DNA from: Phyllobates terribilis | Taxonomy: Eukaryota | Length of the DNA: 64,000 nucleotides | Direction: 5' to 3' | NCBI RefSeq assembly: GCF_046119375.1 | Contig: NW_027365894.1 | Coordinates: 1 to 64,000, forward strand | Part shown: in pieces, positions 49,229 through 63,300 of the stretch | Layout of the letters: each line of letters starts with the position of its first letter | Position numbering within the stretch: the stretch's first letter is position 1 | The notes under the pieces: generated by a model | Told to the model about the DNA's origin: nothing | Databases searched by the model: none | Seen by the model: the letters and a program-made list of their open reading frames with translations, nothing else | Program-made: the position numbers and the translations under genes

Positions 49229-50297
49229 AAGGTAGCCGACTAACATCTCTCCAACACGAGATCTGATTACTCCCCCCTAACTCTTCTTTCTCCTTAATCC
49301 TCATTAAACCCTCACGGATAAATCACTGACTTAAGCTTCGAAGAGTCAAAACCAGGGTACAAACACCCTGGGCTTGGCTTTGCAGGTAGAAGAAGGAAGG
49401 TCAAATTCCGGCGGTTTTACTCAAGATATCCACCAATGCCAGCTTAGAGGGGTTCCCATCCCCAGATCTTCCCAAGGAGAACATCTAAATACCTGTCTGT
49501 GGTTGCGTGTTGGCCCCAGACGCCTTGTGGTATAAACAAATATAATCATTATGATATCATTATCAATTATAAGTAGGTTTTTTCTATCAAATGGAGGAAG
49601 TTTCTAATGAAATTATACCTTAAAATGCCAAACTTAGCAGCGAAATAATGCAATCCAAATAGTGAACACAGGGTATGAATTCGTGAACTTACTAAAAAAA
49701 ACAGAAAGTGATGAAAAAATGACGCGGTGGTAATTTTGTAAATAACTCAAAATTTCTTTTCTCCTTTTTTTTTTAGATTCACAAATTCATTATTCATGGT
49801 TTAAAACTCTTTATTCATTATTTGGATAGCATTTTTCGGCCACAAAATTTCCGCATTTTAAAATCTAATTTCAGTAAAATTTAATTCAAATAATATATAA
49901 TACTCTTATATTATAATGACATTATATTTCAAAAATCTCATTTACAATGACGTTAGTGTGGGTGTATGGATGTACTAAATAAAAACCTCTAAAAAGAAAC
50001 GTTTTTTTAATATTAAAAATCACAATATATTCCATTTACATGCTCAAATACAAAATTAGAGGTGATTAGATGAAGGTTTGAAAACGAGTCCAAGAATCAC
50101 ATGGGTAGCCCCAAAATCTTATCAAAGCTTTGCTGTACACCCAAATTTAAAAAAAAAGCCAAATTCAAAAAATAAAATAAAAATTTCAGCACAGCTCTCA
50201 ATCCAGCTTTATTTAGCTATTTCAGCTCCTCTGTTCTCTAGCAACTTCTACAAAACACCAAAAGCAGAACAAAGAAAAAATCTCAAACTTCTTAGCA

Positions 50298-52458
50298 ATG
50301 GAGCTCGCGAGATTAGGTGTAAGGTCTTCAACAATGGCGGTTCTTCTAGCGTGCGCCTCCTTCCTCTTGTTCGTTCCAGAAGTTTCCGCCGTCCGATACC
50401 TAGTCGGCGGTAACGTCGGCTGGTCTCCCAACAATAACTACACTCTTTGGGCTAAAGACAAGCATTTCTACAAAGGCGACTGGCTCTGTAAGATTCTCTA
50501 CTCCTATTTGTTCTTCTTTCTATTTCAGATGATTTAGTTTGAATTTCGAAGTGGTTTATGCAATTGGAGCATGTTAAGATCTGCATTTGGCTTAGTACTG
50601 TGCAGATCTAGGCTTCTGATTTCTGCCGAAATTTGTTGTATGATTCGGAAGTTTAAAAGTTGATACTGAATGCTCTGCTGGAATTAGGTTAATTTTATGC
50701 GTTTGTTATCTGTTTCTTGTGGTTCTGAGCTGAAAGGAATCACTTCAAGTGACAAATTTGTGCTCAATAGTATGCTCTTTCTTTAGGTGGCTTAGTTGTT
50801 TACTTGAACAAGTTTTGGAAGTTTATTAGGTTAGATAGTCTTGCATGTGAGATGACAGATAATGCAGATGAGAATCTTGTATTCCAGCTGTTTGATTTGA
50901 TTTTCATGGGGACATATTAGTTACATGAGGATAGAACAAAGACAATTCTTTTTGCAAGAAGAAAAGGTAGAATCCTAGGGGACACAATAATAAAAAGAAG
51001 CATTGAAGTTTGAATTATTTAGTCTAGATTGAGGGGTTATTATGATGGATCATCTAAGTTCTTCACCCTATGACACCATTATTTGATACAGTGTTGAAGA
51101 TATAATTGTGTAAAAAGTACTATACCTTTGCATAAGAGCGCAAACACTTCAGTTTTTTCCTTGCAGGATGTTCTTTTTTCAATTTCAATGGCCTTACATT
51201 TTAAGTGAATAGTTTAATCACTGACAAAGCAGTGGTTAATTTATACTACAACAAGCATCATTTATTAACATGTCAAATGCTTCAGTAGGAAGCTTCCCAC
51301 CTCTGATCTGGCTGTCTATAATAACCAAGATCCATGGAATAAGCAAGAGTAATTACTTCTTACTATATAAAAAAACACTCTCCATACTATATTATAATAT
51401 CATGGCCTGGTTCTCTTTCCTAATCATCCCAACAATCAATCATATCTACAAATTTATATGTTAATACATTTTCAAAACAACTCTATTTCTTGCATAGATT
51501 GCTTTGAAATGTAAATCAAGTTACACCAAAAACAATTACTTAAATTATGCCGCTCAAATAGACCTGATAATCGGGTCGGTCAGGTCAGGTTCGGGTCATT
51601 TCGGGTCGAACTTTTACTGGGTCAGAACAGGTCGGGTTATAACATGTTTAATGTCGGGTCGGGTTAACGGGTAGGTTGATGTGGAATTTTTTCCCCACTT
51701 TTTTGGAAGTTTTTTTTATAAGAAAAGTAATAAAAAATATTTTCTAAATAAAGAAAAACATTTATTTAATCAAAATAAAATATTTTTTAAATATTTTTAT
51801 ATATATTTTATGCTTATATTCTTGACCAACAGCAGGTCGGGTCATACTCTGACCCAGAAATCTCTCGGGTCATTAGGTCGGGTCAAAATCGGGTTCATGT
51901 AAAAACAGGTCGGGTTTATATGACCCAAAAAAGGTCGGATCAGATCGGGTTTGCGGGTCGGTCGATTTTTGCCAGGTTGGCGCTCAAAAAATAAAAAAGA
52001 GATATTATTGTTTACTTTAGTCTTTTTGGCCCATCGACCCTCTCTTCATTTTTAATTACAAATTAAAACCTCTAAGCACTTATGTTTTTACCATTAACAA
52101 TCTTTTTCCATGGGTAGTTTTCGTGTACGACAGGAACCAGATGAACATCCTAGAGGTAAACAAGACGAACTACGAAAGCTGTAACACGGACCACCCAATG
52201 ACGAACTGGACACGTGGCGCCGGGAGAGACGTGGTCCCACTCAACATGACCAAAATGCGTTACTTCGTGAGCGGTAAAGGCTTTTGCTTTAGCGGCATGA
52301 AACTAGCCGTTGACACCAAGAACCCGCCTCCTCCACCCTCAGCCGCCCCTGTCAAAGCCGCTGCGACAACCGTTGCATTTTCTTACAATTCCCATTTCGT
52401 CCTTTCCGTCGCGTTTGCTATTGCAGCGGTTTGGGATGGGTTACTGAGGGTTATTTAG
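50298..52458 (+). CDS. ENODL: Early-nodulin-like phytocyanin (lamin-like, non-copper-binding), signal peptide and probable GPI anchor; join(50298-50487,52118-52458), 176 aa
   Basis: Hydrophobic N-terminus, YLVGGNVGW, GDWLFFVY across a phase-1 intron, two conserved Cys, GMKL, Pro-rich linker, hydrophobic C-terminus. Confidence 0.93.
51559..51980. mobile_element. hAT-type MITE in the ENODL intron
   Basis: Perfect 8-bp TSD CGCTCAAA (51551-51558, 51981-51988); imperfect TIRs TAGACCTGATAA / CCAACCTGGCAA; CGGGTC subterminal repeats around an AT-rich core. Confidence 0.9.
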
Positions 52459-53096
52459 GAATTTGGAGTTAGCCATCACTCAAGCCAGCAAAGCAGGCAG
52501 CATTTGTTTGATTTGATCAATTGTTTGATTTCTTGGTACTTAACTTTTTCTTTGGGGCGTTAATTTAGTCGGATTTGGTGGTGTTGATTTGTGCATTATT
52601 TCAAGGATTTGGTTGTCAAATGTGGGTGGGAAAGAGAAGTGGCAGAGAATTTTAAAATCTGTTGTAAGTTCTTGTTGTCGGGTTTGACTTCAAATACATT
52701 GCTAGTTCTCTGTATCGTTTCAAATGTTTCTATAATATACTTAATTTGTTTGTTAAGGAAAACCATTTTATTGTCACAGATTGTTTCATAGAAGCAATTA
52801 AGTATTGATTATTTCCAGTTTGATTTACTAGAGTGTCATTTATTGGGCTTGTATCATGACTCATGAGTGACACTGTGCTTATGTGAGTATACGTACAAAG
52901 ATTGAGATGGTATCAAAGATGTGAATCTATTAAATTTGACGTGGTTTGATGTGAATCTATTAAATTTGACGTGGTATTAAAGGTGAGATTCAACTTTATG
53001 TCCATGAATTTGTTGAGTTATTCTATAAAGAGACTGAGATGCCAACCATACTCGTTCAAAGTTTTGCATCTACATACACGACCTCTTAAATGAATA

Positions 53097-53345
53097 CTCC
53101 TTCCGTCCCATATTGATGTTTCCATTTGTTTTTGACCCATTTGCCGAGACACGTTTTGTGCTCGAAATATATGTCAATAAAAATTATAAAATTTATATGT
53201 ACTTAAAGTACTTATTGAGACGAACAAAACAAGATCAGACATGACTATATTTTTCCGTATATATCGAGAGAAATCAAGAAAATTCCTTAAAAGTATGAAT
53301 TGTGTACTAAAATGAAATGAGAATATCATTTTGGGACGGAGGGAG
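53097..53345. mobile_element. Stowaway MITE (249 bp)
   Basis: TIRs CTCCTTCCGTCCCA / CTCCCTCCGTCCCA with TA duplications on both sides. Confidence 0.95.
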
Positions 53346-54256
53346 TACTATATATATGGGATTGTGGGTCCAAATTCCTCACTAAGCAAGAAATCAGTGC
53401 TCTAGTTTGCTAACTTGATACAAATGCTGTGTCATACATGGCTTGCACGAACGCTGTTCTTGATTCTGTTGGAACGAAAATAAGCACGCTAATAGCAACT
53501 TGACACGTAAACAAGCACCCTAACGACTTCTGAGCGCGCCTCACCAGTTGCTGGATCAGCTACCACGTGTATGGCGGATCTGTTTCCGTTTGTTGCAACT
53601 TGTGCTCGGTAGTTTCCTTCATTTAAAACGTGCGCTAAAGCAAATAAGGTTGAAACCGCGTCCTTTGTCGTTTTCCGACAAATAAGAATTTCCAGCTCAA
53701 CTACTCGCTTCTCTTGCCTTTGTTTTTCCAGCTCGCCTAACTCGTTGAACCAACTAGCTTGAAAACGTTGAAGCAAGACTTCTATATAATGTAAACGTAT
53801 TAAGCGAACTTCACGCTGTGTAAGCTACACTTGTAAGCTGCCTTATATATCCTATAAATTCTGTCTACATTTTATTTTCAATAATGATTAAGTTTATAAA
53901 CATCAAAACTACTAGAGAAACTTAAGCTAACTCTGTTCAATTAACAATATCACTAAAACACTTGGTACAAATCTCTATGTCACATCTTAGGCCTTTACCA
54001 TAAAGTGTTAAGATTTAGCTCAAATAGCACAATCAAGAAGCTTTATGGAATATATAAGGGGGGATTAGGGGCAGAGAATCGTGCAGATTTAGAGGAAGAA
54101 ACAAGGGAGAGAGCATGTTACATTCTTTAATATTTTTTTTTACAATGATTGTCTCTGTGACACACCACCAATACGAACTCAGAAATAACTAGTATATTTA
54201 ACTCACACAGTTTTTCTTTTAACAAGCAATATAAAAGAAGATCTAACACGAAATTC

Positions 54257-54610
54257 CTAAATCATCATAGCGATAATCTTTACAAACTCCTTAATCTCTA
54301 AGGAGTCATTGAGAGGAGTCGGGAGATAATGTGTAAGAGTTCCACAACTAAGTAGATCTACTATTGCTTCAATGTCCTCTTCATTCCAATGACTTTTGAC
54401 AATAAAATCCGCTGCTGCATTGACTTCTCTATGAGTGAGGGAGCTCTTGTACTCCAAATTTTTTTTGAGATATTCTTTAGTGTCCTTGATTATGTTGGCT
54501 ATTTCCCAAGGGACCTTCCAAGTATTTCTAATTACTTGAATGACTGTTGTGTTGTCACCTTCCAATACAATCTTCTGAAGACCCAAGGCAAAGGCATTTA
54601 ACTCGCCCTG
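54257..54610 (-). pseudogene. RNase H-like (RVT_3) fragment, probably the 3' end of a LINE
   Basis: LGLQKIVLEGDNTTVIQ and HREVNAAADFI motifs typical of plant non-LTR RNase H; no upstream RT seen. Confidence 0.7.
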
Positions 54611-54869
54611 TTAGAAAATTTTTAGTTCACTCATGATGAACAAATGTTTTCTTTCTTTAATATGTGACAAGTAAACTATTTTTACTCGGATGTGCGTAGG
54701 ATCTAATAATTTTCCTAACATTCCCTCGAGACAAAGGAATATATACACTAAACATCTTTTATGAGGGCGTCATGTAGCAATGGCCTATACATAAGTCCAT
54801 CTCCAGTGTTGTATTATAAATACTGATGGAGTTTATTATATTATTCTAGAGTCTTATTTTTATTTTTGA

Positions 54870-56430
54870 TTTATCTATCTATATATAATACTAAAAAGAA
54901 CATGAAAATATCCCATTTGTGAACGTCTCATTGATTTGGAAAAATATATCTTCTCATTAATTTCGTAGACCAAGAGACACAAATCAGTAGAACCTGACTT
55001 AGAGGGCAGTTCTACACGATCCAACCATTGAATACGAGCTTCTGGATGTCAGGAACAATCCCTATAAACTTCATCCCATCAAATTTCGTTATTCATCGAT
55101 CTGAACAGATTAAATCAAGTCTCACAACTCCTGCAAAGTCTTCCTCTCTTTTGCTTTCTCTATTTATAATCACCTTCTATTCTTTCTCTTAACTATAAAA
55201 AAGCCACTTTCCCCTCTTAAATATGAAAGCCTTCTTAAAATATGACTTAAGTGGCATACCATTTAAACCTATTAAATGATAACTAATTAGATCCAAATTA
55301 ACTAAATAGTTATTTCCCATATAGGAGGGAAACGCAACATCATCCTCATCATAATCATTACAACTCACTAGTAGACTTTAACATTTATGTAGAAGTAAGT
55401 GTACATGTTAAAATATTCAAAAAGACAAATAACTTCAAACATTCGAGACCTAATATACGTAAACATAACCCCCGAGTTTATTGGTGGAAAAGAATTGCGG
55501 AGACTCGTTAAATATTGATATCAAAAATATAAGATATCAGGTATAAGTATTGATATGAATATCAAGATATGTGAATTAAGGTATCAAGTATGTGGATAGA
55601 TATGTATGCTAATTTGATATAATAATTTATAAGGAGGTATCAAAATAATAATCTAACCCCACATCAGATATTATTTTGATATATATACTCTCATACCAAG
55701 TACCAGATATCGGTTTGGTATCGATATTTGAATATATCAAATAAAGATATGGCTATGACCAGTGGCGGATCCACGATTTGAGTTCAAATTTAACATGGTA
55801 AAGATTATTTTAGTGAATATACATATAGTATTATCAGATAGAATATAAATTAGTACAAATTCTTTCATCCGTGATGATAGACCTGGAAAAAGTTAGAGGT
55901 CTTTCTTTAGTGTGAATACCTAAAATATTAGTTAGGTCATAAATTAGTAGAAAATATTCATATTCGAGAGCAGACACAAAAAACTGATTAAAATTATCGA
56001 ATCAAATTTAGTATAAATAAATATAAAATAATATATTTAAAAAATATACTTGTAATATTATTAGGTAGACCATAAATTTCTATAAACTATTCATTTTCGG
56101 ATACATGCGCAATAAGAAAAATGAACAAATTCATCAATCTTATCGCGTAGGAAAAAAAATTAAGAGGTCTCTTTTTAGTGAAAATACCTAAAACATTATT
56201 AGTTAGACCATAATAATTAAGAAATATTCTTATCCGATGACAAACACAATAAAAAAAATCATCAATTTATTTTAAATTTATTAAATTAGAGAATCAAAGT
56301 TTACATAACGAGATTTAAAAAAATGGGTACGATTGATATATCATATCCGTATCTGATATTAAGATATCAATATCAAACACCCCTAAGTAGATGTTTTAGG
56401 TTCAATTCGCGTGTCATGCACGCTATTTAT
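54870..56430. mobile_element. Cluster of decayed DNA-element remnants (Helitron-like 5' end, hAT-like TIR, CAGTGGCGGATCC MITE end)
   Basis: TCTATCTATATATAATACTAAAAAG at ~54875; CAGTGGCGGATCC at ~55760; GATATCAATATCAAACACCCCTA at ~56363-56385; GCGTGTCATGCACGC hairpin at ~56409-56423. Partner ends not found. Confidence 0.35.
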
Positions 56431-56989
56431 TCAATATTTTTATATTTAAAATATAATAATTTATATATTGTAGTTTTTAAATATACATAGATAATGTTAA
56501 TTATATCATATTGAATCACAATATAATTAAATATCTTTCTCATAAATAATAAATAGTGATTGTGTTATATAATACTTTCTTTATAATTGTGGTTGTTGTG
56601 TATTATTTATTTTAATCATTTTCTATTTTTCTTTATAGAATATATTTTTAATATGTTGGATTTTAATAATGATAGATTTTTTCTTGTATAAAATAGCAAA
56701 TTTTGATTCTAGTTAAGAAATAAAAATATGGTATTCTAAAAAATAATACGTAAAAGATACTCTAAATTGCATTTTTCCTTTTATTAAGTCAGGGAATCCT
56801 AGTCATATGACTCTAAAGAAAATGTTTATAATTTTTGTCACATGTATGCTAAATTGAACGTCATATAATTATAGTAAAAAATAACAATATTCTTAAAATT
56901 TAACACATATAAAAAATAACTCAAAATGAATGAGAATATTACATGGTGTTACATAGATGCACCATGTGAGTCTCATTAACTTCCATTTT

Positions 56990-57199
56990 GCCCTAGGGGC
57001 AATAGCAGAGTGGTAAATGAGCAGTAGATCTCCGAGTTCTGCAATATTCCACCGCAGGTTCGAAACTCATGAACTGCGTAGATTGCGTTGTTTTCTAATT
57101 TACTATGCTAATGAGTGATGGACTAGCTGTCTTAGCGGGGGAATTAGTGGGCTCGCTAGTAGCGACCCGCCATCCTCGATAGCCCCGACAAAAAAAAAA
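56990..57199 (+). mobile_element. tRNA-derived SINE
   Basis: A box TAGCAGAGTGGT (57003-57014), B box GGTTCGAAACTC (57057-57068), ~120-bp body, A10 tail (57190-57199). No clean TSD. Confidence 0.72.
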
Positions 57200-57396
57200 T
57201 GCACCTTGAGCAGCCATACAATGTGATAAACTCGTGGCCTTCATACAATGTGAGAAACTCTACCAACACCCTATCGAAAAACTCCCACTTCTCCTCGGCC
57301 TCCTCATACTCTTTTACCTCCATCGTTTACCGCTTTGCATGCCATCCAACCTAGCATGTGACTTTAGAGCAACAGCCCAAAGGTATCCTCACCCAT

Positions 57397-60300
57397 TGAT
57401 GCGGATAAATCCAACACTCGCAAGCGAACGAGTTCGGTTATAGTATCAAGGTGTCAAACACAGGGACTATGTAGTATCAATTGTTATGCCAATGAATAGA
57501 CTAAGCCAAAGATCACGGAGTGAATAGTTTATGACCGAATTCAAACTAACAAGTAACACGAAGTTATCAATAGAGAAAGACTTCCAAGGTTAGGATCCCC
57601 ACTATAATGTTTCAATGAGATTAAGACGATATATGGTTAACTTCCAAATTGAATGTTGTTCTAAGGACCAACTATCTAATGTCAGCACTACCTCTTCTCA
57701 GACGATAAGTGCACGTGCCTAGATTTGACTAGCAATCACTCTCGTGCAAGGCTATCCTAAACTAGACCCTTTACGCTTCTTAGAGATCAAATGACAAATA
57801 AATCAACTTCCGCTCTCACGCTCCGCATAATCTATTCAATCATCGATCAACTACGATAGTTAAAATTCCACTAGAGAAATTAGATCACTCTCATGCAAAT
57901 AATTCTCAAGTTCTCCCTAGGGATCTAACATGAATTGACAAATGTAAACTCAAATAATCAATCCCTAAAATCAAAATCTCCCCTCGGACTCAAATGATAG
58001 TAGGATTTCCTATTACAATAGTATTAGGGCAATAAGCATCCTAGGAGAGAATCAAACTTCATTCAAATGATCAATCAACCAAAAATCATCATAAAAACTC
58101 ATCTACTCCGTCATAGGGTTCACCCAACCATGGAAATTGAAACTTAGCTAGACATGGAGAAGGAAGAAATCAAATTCATTGTAATAAACAACATACCATT
58201 CAACTTCAATCCAATCCAAGTTATCCAATCCACAAGCTTTCTCTTAGGGTTTTTTAGATCTCCCTAAGTTTTCTAATCCCCAAAAAGGTCTACCCAAGAG
58301 TCCCCAAGTAATTTTCTATTTATACCTAGGTTAGAAGAGGAAGAATCATCCTGACGCGGCCCGTAACTAGGCCGAGTCTCAGGCCGAGTTACATGGAAAT
58401 TCAGCATTTCGGAACATGTTTACAGCCCACAACTCGGTCCACAACTCGGCCTGAGTCAGGGGCCGAGTCTCACTCTGCGAAGGGTGATTCTATGGTGTTC
58501 TGACTCGAGCCACAGCTCGGCCGAGTCTCACTCTGCATAGGCTTCACTTCAATCTTCTTTTACTCGTTGCACCACACATTCTTGACCCCGACATTGCACA
58601 TCCAAGTCATCCACATGAGCGTCCCCAAGATATAGTCCACGATCATAAAAAAACGCCTCCAATTCATCCTGAAAACACATAACGCAAAGGTATACTCCGA
58701 ACACTAGAAATCTAAACGAAAAAGAAACAAACCTATCGAAAATAAAACAAAACCAACCTAATGAGAAGAAATAAACATGCCCTAAACTAGCCTAAATGCA
58801 AGTTATCAAATTCCCCCAAGCTTGAACCTTGCTTGTCCCAAGCAAGCAAATGTCAACGAATCCAAGTAATATACAAAAGAGGTATCTATTCAAGTGACAT
58901 ATGATTGATAACAACGAAAGATCAAACAGAAAACAAATCCCTTCCTAGCATGCTTCTCAATCAATGACTGGAAAATATTAGTTCCTCAACTCTAGATCTT
59001 ACCGGATTAATAGAACATGTCACTCTTACTCATATATGTAGGTATGTGTTTCACTCAATGTTATAACTCAACTTTGAATATTAACTACCATAAGCTTGCA
59101 ACCAAATCTAGATCTCCACTGCTAGGTAGAATGCAAAACACAATCATGAGACATACAAGGGGTTGTAATGGGGCCAAGGTACTCTATAAGGCATGGATGA
59201 AATTTTTGGTCATGTGATGCAAAATCTAGGAGATGAACTTCATATGAAAACAACACCAACTCAAGTGATATTACAATAAGCACAAATACACAACCCAACC
59301 CAAGATCTATCAAATTGTCTATTTGTTGCTCCTTTTCTTCTCTTTCACTTATTTCTCTTTTTTTTCTTTTTTTTTATATATCTTTTTTTTAAATGATGAA
59401 AGAGAAGGGAGCAAATTGGATATAAACAACAAGACAACACTATATAATCAAACATCGTTAACCACCCCATCATCTACCATTCCCCCAAGCTTGTCTCACA
59501 ACCACACCAAGTAAATAGAAGTTCAATCCCCTAGATAGGTAGGATATAAATATAAGCTCGGATTACTTTTGTGGAGCTAACAAAGAAAGGCTATAAGGCT
59601 CAAAGGGCTACAAGAGAAGGATATCATCAAGGGTAGTCAAGGATAATATGGGCTCATAAAAATATAATGTCTCAATCAAATGTGATGTTTTTAGTCCTAT
59701 ATGCAGTTTCAAAGAGATTTTAGAAGCAAGTTTCTAGAGATAACAAACAAAGAGAGTTCACTCATGAGAAATAAGAGGACTTTGCAAATGTAGTCCATGA
59801 AAGGCAAACAAGCTCACTAGGACAATTATCTAGAGTTTCGGTTCTAATGTATCTTAATCAAAGTCCACATGCTCAGGTTAATGTCAAAAGTGTGATCAAT
59901 CATACCATCATCATAATGCAATTGTAATATTAACAACTAAAGCATATTAAAAGGATTCACAGTCAATGCACCATTATAAGAACTCACAAAGGAACATGCA
60001 GGGGAAACGTGATAACCGACACAAAAGAAAAAAAATCAAAATCAAAAAGAAAAAAAATGCAATTCTAACCAACCTACATGCAATGCAAAACAGAAAATAC
60101 TCCCCTTCCACAAGCTTAAAACTAACATTGTCCCCAATGCATAATTAAAAAGTAAAAGGAAGAGAAATACTTACTAGGAACTACTCTTGCGAAGGTGGTT
60201 TAGGAGGAGGTCGATCCTTGAGAGAAAATCTCCCCTCATTAGGTAGACGGAGAAGATGGACACTATCCCCCGGATCAAGATCCTCCTTCAACCTCAAATT

Positions 60301-63300
60301 GGATGGAAGAGTCTTCAACTTCACTTTTGGTGCCTCTTGAGTCTCCTCCATGGGGGAGACGTCTTCACTAGATAGGGTCTCAAATACGGTCTCATGCACC
60401 TCATTACCAGATTCAAATTCTAAGAGCACATCAGCAAGTAGCTCTAGATTGTCATCTTCGGTCACACTCTCAGTCAAGCAATACTCCAACAGATCATCAA
60501 TCAAAATGGCCATCAACGATTCTTGAGTTGCTTTTTCAACCACATCCAAGCTATAAACATCATCCTCAAAAACAGGCTGCTTCACAACCTTAGGAAGGTT
60601 GAATTCCATTTTTTCTTCCCCAATATTGAAAGAGAGAACACCCTGTTTCACATCGATAAGAGCACCCGCGGTAGCTAGGAAGGGTTGTCCCACTATTATT
60701 GGAATAGGAGAATCAGCGAGAATATCTAGGACAATGAAATCAATCGGATGTAGAACTTGCCGATCTGGATTGGAATGTCCTCCAAAATACCAACCAGACG
60801 TGTTGTAGATCTATTGGCCATAAGTAAGGTCATCTTCACCGGTCTAGGCTCTCCTAAATCAAGCTTCCTGCATATGGATAGAGGAATGATGCTCACACTA
60901 GCACCCAAATCACATAAAGCCTGGTAGGTACTCCTCCCTATCACCATAGGAACACTAAAGCTGCCCGGATCTTCAAGATTAGGGGGCAACTTGTTTTGGA
61001 TGATAGCGCTACATTCTTGGTTCAAAGCAATGGTGTGGTAGTCATCAAGGTTCCTCTTGTTAGATAGGATCTCCTTCAAATATTACACATAGGTTGGCAT
61101 TTGCTTGAGAGCTTCGGTGAAGGGAATGTTGATGCAAATTTTCTTCAACACCTCCACAAATTTGCCAAATTGGTGTTCTAGATGAGCTTGGGCTCTCCTT
61201 TGTGGGAAAGGAAGAGGAGGCTTGTAAGGTGGTGGTGGCACATACTTCGGCTCTTCCTTCTCCTCTTTCTCTTGAACCTTTGCTTCCTCGGGATCATCAA
61301 TAGCAACATCTTTCTTCTTAAGATCTACCACTTTAGGATCTTCAAGTGGCCTTCCACTCCTCAAGGACACAACATTAATTTGCCCTTTTGGATTGGCCTC
61401 AGTTTGGCCCGGAAGATGACCATGGGGTCTAGGAGCATTCGTGGCATATTGAGCATGCAAGCTATCATGACTATCCAGTTTCTTGTTTATGTTCTGTAGC
61501 TCCTTCATAATCAGCTGAAGCGTAGATTCATCGGATCGTTGAGAACTCTCTTGATGTTGTTGTGGAGGGGGTCTTGGTTGGAAACCATGGGGGTATCTCG
61601 GAGCATTCTGATTTCCCCCCCAAGCTTGGTTTTGATTCCTCCAACCAGAGTTATAGGAATTTGAGTATTGATCATTCCTAGGAACCCGATTGAAGTTGTT
61701 CATGTAATTGGCCTCTTCTTCTTGGGGAGCATCTTGAGAAGCATAAATTTGGCAAGATGATATGGTATGATCACCTCCCCCACAAAACTGGCAAACCACA
61801 TTCGAGACAACTTGAGAAGAACTTCCCTCCTTCTTACCCTGAGACTTGCTCATCTGTACTTCAACTGCTTAATCTCATGAGCCATAGCTTCCATTCTGGG
61901 TTGTTGGAAAATCTCATCATCAACCTCGTAGAGACCACCTGTTCTCTTAGAAGTAGGAATAGAACGAACATCATTATAATAATGAGTGTGTTGGGCAATT
62001 TCCTCAATCTTCTCCCAAGCTTCATCAATATGCATCTTCATGATAGTACCTCCAGATGAGGCATCAATGAGCAGCCTATTAGCATTGTCCACGACATTGT
62101 AGAAGGTGTGCAACAACACCCACTTATCTTGTCCATGATGAGGACAATACAACAAAAGTTCTTTAAAACGCTCCCAACCTTCATACAGAGATTCCACATC
62201 CTTCATCTGAAATGAACTGATCTGATTCCTCATCTCTGCGGTCTTCTTTGGTGGGAAATACTTGGTTAGGAATGCTTTAGCTAGCTCATCCCAAGTATTG
62301 ATAGTGCCATGAGGGAAAGCCTGGAACCATGCTTTAGCTCGGCCTCTAAGGGAGAATGAGAAGGCACGCAAATAAAGCGCATCCTCAGATACATCATGAA
62401 TCTTCACTGTATCCATAAGTTCCAAGAAAGTGTTGAGATGTTGGTGAGGATTCTCGGACGGTAGGCCTCCAAATTGATTTTGCTGAACCATATTAATCAG
62501 AGATGGCTTCAGCTCAAAGTTACGAGCAGCTATTGGAGGCCGGACCACACCAGATGTGGGTCCTTGGTGACGAGGCAGCACATAGTCACCCAAAGTCAGC
62601 GGCTCTGGAGGAATATTTTGCACTTGAAGCTGCTCGAGTTGGTGTTGTAGATCCGCCAATTGTTGTTGTTGCGAGCCATCAACTCTTGTTGTTCCTCCAT
62701 AGCTCGGGCTCTAGTCTCTCTTTGCTCTCTTAACCCTCTATGAAGAGCACGCTCGGGCTCAGGTTCGTAGTCGCGTAGTGTACCACTGCTCAGAGCTCTT
62801 CGCATCAGCTAGGAGAACAAATCTGAAACCAAATACACAAGAAACAAATTAAAAAACAAAATGAGACTCAATCTATTGGTTGCTCAAATCAACCAATACT
62901 AGCGATAGTCCCCGACAACGGCGCCAAAAACTTGATGCGGATAAACCCAACACTCGCAAGCGAACGAGTTCGGTTATAGTATCAAGGTGTCGAACACATG
63001 GACTATGTAGTATCAATTGTTATGCCAACGAATAGACTAAGCCAAAGATTACGGAGTGAATAGTTTATGACCGAATTTAAACTAACAAGTAACACGAAGT
63101 TATCAATAGAGAAAGACTTCCAAGGTTAGGATCCCCACTATAATGTTTCAATGAGATTAGGACGATATATGGTTAACTTCCAAATTGAATGTTGTTCGAA
63201 GGACCAACTATCTAATGTCAGCACTACCTCTTCTCAGACGATAAGTGCACATGCCTAGATTTGACTAGCAATCACTCTCGTGCAAGGCTATCCTAAACTA

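Noticed and set aside
47568-49520. Old LINE fragment interrupted by the CACTA
   Set aside because: Only vague Trp/Gly-rich similarity on the minus strand; no motif strong enough to call.
25043-52458. Biosynthetic gene cluster (SS2-CM-ENODL)
   Set aside because: The three genes act in unrelated pathways and look like ordinary syntenic neighbours spread apart by TE insertions.
57000-57075. tRNA gene
   Set aside because: A and B boxes are present, but I see no acceptor stem or cloverleaf. The body and poly(A) tail indicate a SINE.
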